Below, one piece after another: positions 57,699 to 64,000 of a stretch of 64,000 bases of DNA. Both the position numbers and the translations under genes were made by a program. The notes below the pieces were generated by a model. That model saw only the letters and a program-made list of their open reading frames with translations, had not been told where the DNA came from and ran no database searches. Within the stretch, counting starts at the first letter, position 1. Each line of letters opens with the position of its first letter. This DNA comes from a virus. Its lineage: Duplodnaviria > Heunggongvirae > Uroviricota > Caudoviricetes. The stretch lies in the IMG/VR virus record IMGVR_UViG_3300025466_001444, one strand, 5' to 3'.

Positions 57699-58257
57699 TT
57701 CGTTTTCCTGTAATTATATTATATAATTGTGATTCAGTTACGTTATATTCTTTATGAAATTCTTTAGAAAAAACTCTTTCATAAGTAATTTTTCTTCCAT
57801 TTTTTGATATATCACCTACACCATTTAAAGGAATTTTATTATTATATTTTTTCAAAATTAAACAACATTCATGATCAGTAATTTTAACTTTTCCAAATCT
57901 TTTACCTTTTCTGTTGTTTCTAACTTCTTCAGAAAAAGAATATTTTTTCCCTTTATTCCACGGAACTGTTCCTTTTGAAACTCCACCAATATTTGGTCTT
58001 TTCTTTCCTTTTTGTAAATTTGAAGAATAATCTGGACCAAATCCAATTCTTTTAGCAATTAATGCAGCTGCAAACCAATCTTCTTGCTGTAAATGAATAT
58101 CGAAATGTTCTCTTATTGTAACTAATTGTAAATTTTCTATGTTATTATTTTTATGATTACCATCTATATGATGTATTTCATAAGAAAACCCATTTTCATC
58201 AGTTGGTATTTTTCCGTGTGTATTTTCCCAAATTTTTCTATAATGCATATAATTCAA
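57688..58257 (-). CDS. free-standing HNH endonuclease inserted between the two TerL/intein halves
   Basis: EIHHIDGNHKNNNIENLQLVTIREH is an HNH motif. 189 aa. Confidence 0.8.
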   Translation of the reverse strand: MNYMHYRKIWENTHGKIPTDENGFSYEIHHIDGNHKNNNIENLQLVTIREHFDIHLQQEDWFAAALIAKRIGFGPDYSSNLQKGKKRPNIGGVSKGTVPWNKGKKYSFSEEVRNNRKGKRFGKVKITDHECCLILKKYNNKIPLNGVGDISKNGRKITYERVFSKEFHKEYNVTESQLYNIITGKRNVL

Positions 58258-58276
58258 TCCTATAAAATTGCATTCA

Positions 58277-58360
58277 TATTATATTTATAATTTCTTTGAT
58301 TGCAACTTTTTTGGAAATGTTATCTATTAAAATATTAATTTCTGTATCACCGTCTAAACA
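58277..58360 (-). mobile_element. split intein N-fragment (28 aa: CLDGDTEINILIDNISKKVAIKEIINII) at C-terminus of TerL N fragment
   Basis: Cys1 followed by the LDGDTEI Hint block A. Immediately follows extein ...RQEFE and ends in a stop. Confidence 0.8.
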
Positions 58361-59158
58361 TTCAAACTCTTGACGAAATTGATCAACAGAAGTATTTCGA
58401 ATAGTTTCTACTTTCCATGCTTCGTCTCTGCCGGGAACATCTGACCAATGAACATCAACACGGGCATAAGAATTTTCACTATTAACAGAGTCCATCCAAA
58501 TTTTATAAAATAAATTCATACCATTTGGTGTGGAAGTTATTAATAATTTAGAAGTGTTACCAGAAGAAATTGTTGGGAATACTGAAGCAAAAAATGTGTC
58601 TTGAATATTTCTGGGAACGAATGCAAACTCATCAAGATAAATTAGATTATAAGATTGACCACGAATAGCAGATGATGAAGTGGCAGCTGCAAGTATTTTA
58701 GAACCATTTTCCAATTCGATATTTCCTCTATTCCATTGAATAATGCCTTGCTGCATCCATTTGGGCAACCATTCATATGCAAGTTGAATTCGAGAAAGAA
58801 TTTCTTTTGATTGAATTTGTTTATTAGCCAAAACTGCAATATTATAATTTTCATTGAAAAGAATTTTATGAAGCATATACCCAACAACACCTGTTGTTTT
58901 CCCCACCTGACGAGGCATTTTACATATTGTAAAACGGTTGTCATCAAATACTTTAAACATTCTTTTTTGATATTGATAAGGACTAAAAGAAACGAGTCCT
59001 TTATCAATACTCACGATCTTAACATAATTCTCACAAAAATAATTTACATCATTGGCGCACTTTATATATTCTAAAATTTGTTCTTTTGAAAATTCTAGTT
59101 GGACACCTTTACGCTTTAAGTTTATATTACCAAGATATACTTCATTTGTACTATTCAT
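58361..59158 (-). CDS. 17: terminase large subunit gp17, N-extein (ATPase domain) portion of ORF 58274..59158
   Basis: Walker A KMPRQVGKTT and Walker B LIYLDE. Start overlaps the TerS stop as in T4 16/17. Confidence 0.85.
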
Positions 59159-59549
59159 TATAATCAGACCTAATCATCTTCAATAACTCAGAAGAAGAAC
59201 CAACAAATAAATTGTTGTTGACTGTTTTATTACCTTCATTGCTACTATCAGCTTTATTAATTTCTTTGTTCTTTTTTGCTAATTCCATAAGGTCTTTATT
59301 TGTTTCAGCCAAAGTTTTAATTAAATTGGTGACTACTTCATATGCTCTAGGAGATTCTGATTGTCTAGCAATATCTACAATATCTTCTAATGCAGATTGA
59401 CCTTTTTCTATGATATCATACATGTTCTGACGAGCATATTCATAGTCATTCTTTTCTTTTGACGGCAAGAATACAGGATTTGGTGGAGAAGGAATGGGTG
59501 GTATTCCTAATGAATTTGAAATTACATCTTTATTAACCATATGTTTCAC
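59151..59549 (-). CDS. 16: terminase small subunit gp16-like (by position)
   Basis: 132 aa ORF overlapping the TerL start. Coiled-coil-like. Confidence 0.55.
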   Translation of the reverse strand: MKHMVNKDVISNSLGIPPIPSPPNPVFLPSKEKNDYEYARQNMYDIIEKGQSALEDIVDIARQSESPRAYEVVTNLIKTLAETNKDLMELAKKNKEINKADSSNEGNKTVNNNLFVGSSSELLKMIRSDYNE

Positions 59550-60345
59550 TCACAGTTACAATAAATCCATATGTATCTGTCTCTTCTATTTGAGATAATG
59601 GTATAGATAAAGATGGATCAGAAGTTGGCATTCCATTAGCAGTTAGTCCCGGTCTAACATTTATATCAGCAACATCACTATTTGCAGTAAGATTAGGATA
59701 TATTCTAACATCAGAAATTTTAATAAGTTTAGATTCAGTTACAGGACCATAAAAATAACATTTCATAGTAAAATTTAATGTAAATATGAGTGCTCTTCTA
59801 GCAACAAAATCGCTTTCATATGAATCGCTGATGTCCATACCATCCATAATCAATGGAATATCTGTTATATTATCATAATCTGGTAAAAGTCTTGCGCTTA
59901 CAGTCCATTCTGGTGTAAAATAAGGAAGTATTTGCTCTACGATTCTTAAACCGTCTTCCATTGTCTTTACCATAATATCTAATTTAAATCCAAGATTATA
60001 AGGTACTGGATTAAATACTTTTTTATAAGTATTTTTTCCATTTAATTCTCTTTTTGAACCAATCTTGCCTACTGTTTGTAATTTTCTGCTTGGGTCATAA
60101 GTAACACCAGATATCTCAAAAGACATTCTTGGTAATCTTATAGCAGTTACTGCAGATGCATCTGGATTTTCTTCCACACGAGCAAGAAATTTTTCTCTTG
60201 GCCCATAAGCAATAGGAACCTTAAAAGTTTGTTCTAAAACACCAGAATCGCTAACACGTTCTATCATAATATTATTGAAAAGAGTTCCAAATATTACCAC
60301 ATATTTTTTAAAAAGAGAATTGTAAAAAGGAGAGCCACCAATCAT
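59533..60345 (-). CDS. 15: tail sheath stabilizer/tail terminator gp15
   Basis: FYNSLFKKYVVIFGTLFNNIMIER...VPIAYGPREKF matches the T4 gp15 N-terminus. Confidence 0.8.
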   Translation of the reverse strand: MIGGSPFYNSLFKKYVVIFGTLFNNIMIERVSDSGVLEQTFKVPIAYGPREKFLARVEENPDASAVTAIRLPRMSFEISGVTYDPSRKLQTVGKIGSKRELNGKNTYKKVFNPVPYNLGFKLDIMVKTMEDGLRIVEQILPYFTPEWTVSARLLPDYDNITDIPLIMDGMDISDSYESDFVARRALIFTLNFTMKCYFYGPVTESKLIKISDVRIYPNLTANSDVADINVRPGLTANGMPTSDPSLSIPLSQIEETDTYGFIVTVSETYG

Positions 60346-61073
60346 TATGCTCTCCTATCTGATTCACTAAATGGGTCTTTTGCACTGAAATCTAAAAATT
60401 CAATTCCTTGAGATTCAAAATAATCATTTTGTGAATTTGTGTCAATCATATTAAGATCGTATTGTTCTTCTATCAATTCAATTCCATTCTCATCAAATAA
60501 AGGAATACCATTTTCTGTAGTAATAACATAAGGATCAGTAGTTGTTAAAAGAGCATTATACATGTTGTCTATAGTATCAAATCCTGTATTGAATACTTCA
60601 TTAGAATATTCAAACAATTCACATACAACATCATACATTTGTATTGCGCCCATTTGATAAAAAATAGGTGTCTTGTTAACAAATTTAATATGATAAAGAT
60701 GTTGGTTCAACGGAAACCAAATAAGATCACCTTCTAATGGTCTATCTCTTCTTAAGATAGAACCAACTTCATTTTCAAAAATTCTTAAGGCAACAGAAAA
60801 TGTTAATTGATCTCTTACTTCTACACCAAATTTAGAAAGAAATTCTCCATCACCAGCAAATCCGTTGACGTTCTTTAAATACATTTCGACATTTACACCT
60901 TCACCATATTCAGTAACAAATTGTTCTCTGAAAGCATTATCTCTGGTGATAATTGTTCTGGGAACATAATAAGTATTAATACCATAAGCCTTTATAGACT
61001 CTATGACAAGATTCTCTATTAGGTTCTGTTCACTTGCAGAAGTAAAATTGTTAAAATATAATGATGTGGCCAT
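60345..61073 (-). CDS. neck protein (gp14/gp13-like)
   Basis: Position upstream of gp15. 242 aa. Confidence 0.5.
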   Translation of the reverse strand: MATSLYFNNFTSASEQNLIENLVIESIKAYGINTYYVPRTIITRDNAFREQFVTEYGEGVNVEMYLKNVNGFAGDGEFLSKFGVEVRDQLTFSVALRIFENEVGSILRRDRPLEGDLIWFPLNQHLYHIKFVNKTPIFYQMGAIQMYDVVCELFEYSNEVFNTGFDTIDNMYNALLTTTDPYVITTENGIPLFDENGIELIEEQYDLNMIDTNSQNDYFESQGIEFLDFSAKDPFSESDRRA

Positions 61074-61103
61074 TTATAGCTTTCTTTTGTTTTTATATAC
61101 TAT

Positions 61104-62996
61104 TTATAGCTCTTTACTTTTTCTTTTATTTGCTACTCTAAACTGTGCAAGACGTTGTTCTGCATCATTACGAACGAACATTGAAGATTTATCTGTTGAT
61201 GCTTTTAAAGCATGTTCCTCAGTTGCATTGGGATGATTTACTGCTTTTCTTCTTACAACGTCATCTGGATCATTTAATGCTTTAGAAATATGTTCTGCAT
61301 TTGCATTTGGATTAGATATTGCTGTTCTTCTTACAGCCTCATCTGGATCATTTAATGCTTTAGAAATATGTGCAGATGTTGCATTTGGATGAGCTACCGC
61401 TGATCTTTTTATACCATCTTCTTCATTTGGATCATTTAATACTTTAGAAATATGTTCTGCAGTTGCTTTAGGATTTTGAATAGCATGTGATCTGACAAAT
61501 GATTTATCATCATTTAATGCTTTTGTAATATGCTCTGTTGTTGCTTCTGGTCTTCTTACAGCAATTCCTCTTATTCTTGTGTCTACATCATTTAATGCTT
61601 TTGTTATATGTTCTGATGATAATTTAACATGAGGATTTTGAATAGCAGCTTGTCTGATATCAGAATGATTGTGAGCATCCAAAGCTTTATTAATATGATC
61701 TGGTGTTGCATTAGGATTAGATACTGCAAATGCTTTTTCAGGACCACTAGTACCATTTAAAACTTTAGTAATTTCTTTTGCTGGTAATTTTGGATGTTGT
61801 AATGCAGCAATTCTTACATTTCTATCTTCACCCCATTTATTATTTAATACATGGGTAAGATGTTCTGCTGTTGCATTTTTATTTTTTAATGCAGCTTTTC
61901 TTACATAATCATCACCATCATTATGCAATACATGTGTAATATGTTCTGCTGTTGCATTAGGATGTTGAATCGCAGCTGCTCTAATTCCAATATGATCAAT
62001 TCCTAAAGCTTTTGTGATATGCTCTGCCGTTGCATTTGGATGTTGAATAGCAGCAAGTTGTACTTGAGCTTGTTCATCATTTAATCCTTTTGTAATATGT
62101 TCATGTGACACATTACTATTATCAAAAGCTGCGGCTCTGGTATTAGGGTCTTTACTTTTTAATGAAGCATTAGGACTGGCAATCACATCTTTTTGATCAT
62201 CATTATATAATTTTTTATTTTTTCTGTATATTTTATCATCTTTAACAGGAAAATTTGTTTCAGCCCATTTTTTTACTGTATGTCCAAATGCATGATCAGA
62301 AGTTCCATATTGTGATTCTTCTGGTCTGAGAATGGTATCTTTTTTATCTTCCGATTGAAATGGTTTCAATGCTATTCTTGCAAGAGGTTGTTTAGCTTCT
62401 TTGTCATGTTCGTGTACAAGATAAGCAACGTGTGTTCCTTGTTGAACATCATGCTTTAGATAATGACTATTACTACCAGCACCAATACCTTTTTTAGCTC
62501 CTGTTGTACTCATACTCATACATGAACGCCAACCTCTGTCAGTAGACATTCCAGCAACATCATGTGGGTGACGAGAAATAACTACGCCTAGTTTACCAGA
62601 ATTGGAAGCAGCCCTTTTAGGATCGTTGTTAAATGTGCTAACTAATTCTTTTGAAGCACCTGTTGCAGCTAATGCTTTACCAATACGAATTTCTCTGTTA
62701 TACTTAGGCTCAATTGCTTTATTACCTTTATAATCAGTTATCTTATAGCCATGCTTTTCCAGATGCGCTTTAACATCTGGATGAGGTTCTACTGGCTTAT
62801 TGTCATCTGGATGTTCTAGAGGGATATATGTTCTATCTTGTCCTTCTGGAATTGCATCTTTAGAAATTTTCTTAGCCTTTGTGTTTTCACCCCATGAATC
62901 AACAACTTTTTTTTGAGCATCGTTCAATTCTTCGTTTAGAAGGGTATTATAACCTGTAATAGCATTTTCTTTGATAAACTGTTTAAACATTAACAT
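61104..62996 (-). CDS. 630-aa protein with N-terminal globular domain and about 14 tandem about-31-aa HEAT-like/PBS-lyase-like (or LRV) repeats
   Basis: Repeated ...NPNATAEHITKALND.D..VRR.A... units, which are also about-93-bp DNA tandem repeats. Confidence 0.6.
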   Translation of the reverse strand: MLMFKQFIKENAITGYNTLLNEELNDAQKKVVDSWGENTKAKKISKDAIPEGQDRTYIPLEHPDDNKPVEPHPDVKAHLEKHGYKITDYKGNKAIEPKYNREIRIGKALAATGASKELVSTFNNDPKRAASNSGKLGVVISRHPHDVAGMSTDRGWRSCMSMSTTGAKKGIGAGSNSHYLKHDVQQGTHVAYLVHEHDKEAKQPLARIALKPFQSEDKKDTILRPEESQYGTSDHAFGHTVKKWAETNFPVKDDKIYRKNKKLYNDDQKDVIASPNASLKSKDPNTRAAAFDNSNVSHEHITKGLNDEQAQVQLAAIQHPNATAEHITKALGIDHIGIRAAAIQHPNATAEHITHVLHNDGDDYVRKAALKNKNATAEHLTHVLNNKWGEDRNVRIAALQHPKLPAKEITKVLNGTSGPEKAFAVSNPNATPDHINKALDAHNHSDIRQAAIQNPHVKLSSEHITKALNDVDTRIRGIAVRRPEATTEHITKALNDDKSFVRSHAIQNPKATAEHISKVLNDPNEEDGIKRSAVAHPNATSAHISKALNDPDEAVRRTAISNPNANAEHISKALNDPDDVVRRKAVNHPNATEEHALKASTDKSSMFVRNDAEQRLAQFRVANKRKSKEL

Positions 62997-62997
62997 T

Positions 62998-63558
62998 TTA
63001 GTGATCCAACTCCGATAGCTTATGGCGTATAGCTGTAATAATTTTCATATGAGTCTTTGATAAAACTCTTTCCTTCTCTATATAGTTCATTATTCTAAGA
63101 GTTTCTTTTTTATATTTCTCACGCCATGCAGCATTCTTTGCTGACTTGATATCTTGTACATTATCCAATCTATCTGCCAACTTGATGACCAAAGCATAGC
63201 TAGACATTTTTTTCATCTTCTGAGATAAATATTCTGTCTTACCACCAGCTTTTTCAAGATCGTCTTTATCAGTAGTCAACTCTTGTACAAGAGAAGCAAC
63301 TAGACTACCAAACAATTTTTCTAAATCATCTTTAGTAGTATTAGTATCTTCAATAGTATCATGAAGATACGCAGCACTCATAAGAGCATCAATATTATGT
63401 GATTTTTTAAACTGCATAACACTCTTAGCAACTCTTTCAGGATGACGAATATAATCAGAACCATCTGATCTTGTCTGCCCAGCATGGGCTCTAGCAGCAT
63501 ATTTTAATGCTTGTTGCTGATCTTCATCTAATTGTATGAATAAATTAAATGGTAACAT
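62998..63558 (-). CDS. HD-domain (p)ppGpp hydrolase-like (SpoT/Mesh1-type small alarmone hydrolase)
   Basis: YIRHPERVA...AAYLHDTIEDT...LADRLDN motifs. Confidence 0.65.
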   Translation of the reverse strand: MLPFNLFIQLDEDQQQALKYAARAHAGQTRSDGSDYIRHPERVAKSVMQFKKSHNIDALMSAAYLHDTIEDTNTTKDDLEKLFGSLVASLVQELTTDKDDLEKAGGKTEYLSQKMKKMSSYALVIKLADRLDNVQDIKSAKNAAWREKYKKETLRIMNYIEKERVLSKTHMKIITAIRHKLSELDH

Positions 63559-64000
63559 TAAAGTATCTTTCTGTTACATTTATCGTTGTGATATCTAGCA
63601 ATATTGCCCATGTTTCCTTCAAAATCACAATGAACACATTTTATTTTACTACTATTTATTGTTTTAAAATGTGTAGTACTTTTAATTTTTTCTTTGTGTG
63701 TATCTGATAAAGGTCTGCCCGTATTGGCTTCTGTAGCCATTCTTCTAGCTTTTGAATTATCTTTACCTGTATTTTTTCCAATCATAGATACACGACGTTT
63801 TTCACAAACATTTGGATCAGATGATTTGTTATCTCTTGTTGCCAATCCAATAAGATAATTCTCACGAATTTCAGGACGAGCCATAGCTTCTTTGGTACGA
63901 ATAGATATTTTTTCAGATATTGTTTTTACTTTTTCTGGGTATGTTGACCAATGACCAGTAGCTTTAATATTTAAATTATAATATCTAGTTTTTAACTCAT
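63558..64000 (-). CDS. C-terminal part of a homing-endonuclease-like protein (NUMOD3 repeats + Cys/His zinc finger); N-terminus beyond window
   Basis: Frame open to the window end. SEKISIRTKEAMARPEIRE and GRPLSDTHKEKIKST are NUMOD3-like. CVHCDFEGN...HNDKC follows. Confidence 0.5.
   Translation of the reverse strand, partial: ELKTRYYNLNIKATGHWSTYPEKVKTISEKISIRTKEAMARPEIRENYLIGLATRDNKSSDPNVCEKRRVSMIGKNTGKDNSKARRMATEANTGRPLSDTHKEKIKSTTHFKTINSSKIKCVHCDFEGNMGNIARYHNDKCNRKIL

Noticed and set aside
58642-59007. 121-aa ORF inside the TerL N fragment (other frame), and 57858..58058 inside the HNH gene
   Set aside because: Nested alternative-frame ORFs within well-supported genes.

Overview
This 64 kb window is an AT-rich (roughly one-third GC) segment of a T4-like myovirus genome, read by eye without tools. 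Almost all genes are on the minus strand.

Recognisable T4 core genes, listed here from low to high coordinate:
- gp41 helicase
- a gp40-like membrane protein
- UvsX
- gp43 DNA polymerase, split into two ORFs by an HNH endonuclease gene
- RegA
- gp62/gp44 clamp loader
- gp45 clamp
- gp46/gp47 (Rad50/Mre11-like)
- gp55 late sigma factor
- UvsW and a UvsY-like gene
- gp23 major capsid protein, gp22 scaffold, gp21 protease, gp20 portal
- gp19 tube, gp18 sheath
- TerL (gp17)
- TerS (gp16), gp15 and gp14

The TerL gene is fractured. Its N fragment ends in a 28-aa intein-N (CLDGDTEI...), a free-standing HNH endonuclease gene follows, and the C fragment begins with a 108-aa intein-C ending ...SHN followed by Cys. 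This matches the known AceL-TerL/GOS-TerL type of atypical split intein.

Non-core content:
- At least six tRNA genes (Trp, Gly, Thr, Asn, Lys, Pro) and one tRNA-like gene.
- Two GIY-YIG homing endonuclease cassettes, each directly preceded by an identical 61-bp hairpin that sequesters the start region, and by a tRNA. They bracket a GalE-like epimerase.
- Auxiliary genes: Hsp20, peptide deformylase, MazG, a 2OG-Fe(II) oxygenase, a SAM methyltransferase, and an HD-domain (p)ppGpp hydrolase.
- Three tandem glycosyltransferase-like paralogs.
- An array of small MNER-family paralogs, with one truncated copy and a locally inverted N-terminal segment.
- A GapR (DUF2312) homolog next to DUF932 and MPNWC-type proteins, which points to an alphaproteobacterial host, possibly SAR11.
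- A 630-aa HEAT-like repeat protein.
- A Tat-signal protein next to an SPFH-like membrane protein.
- Several G/C-stem intrinsic terminators and sigma70-consensus promoters.

tRNA coordinates are approximate to within about 2 nt.
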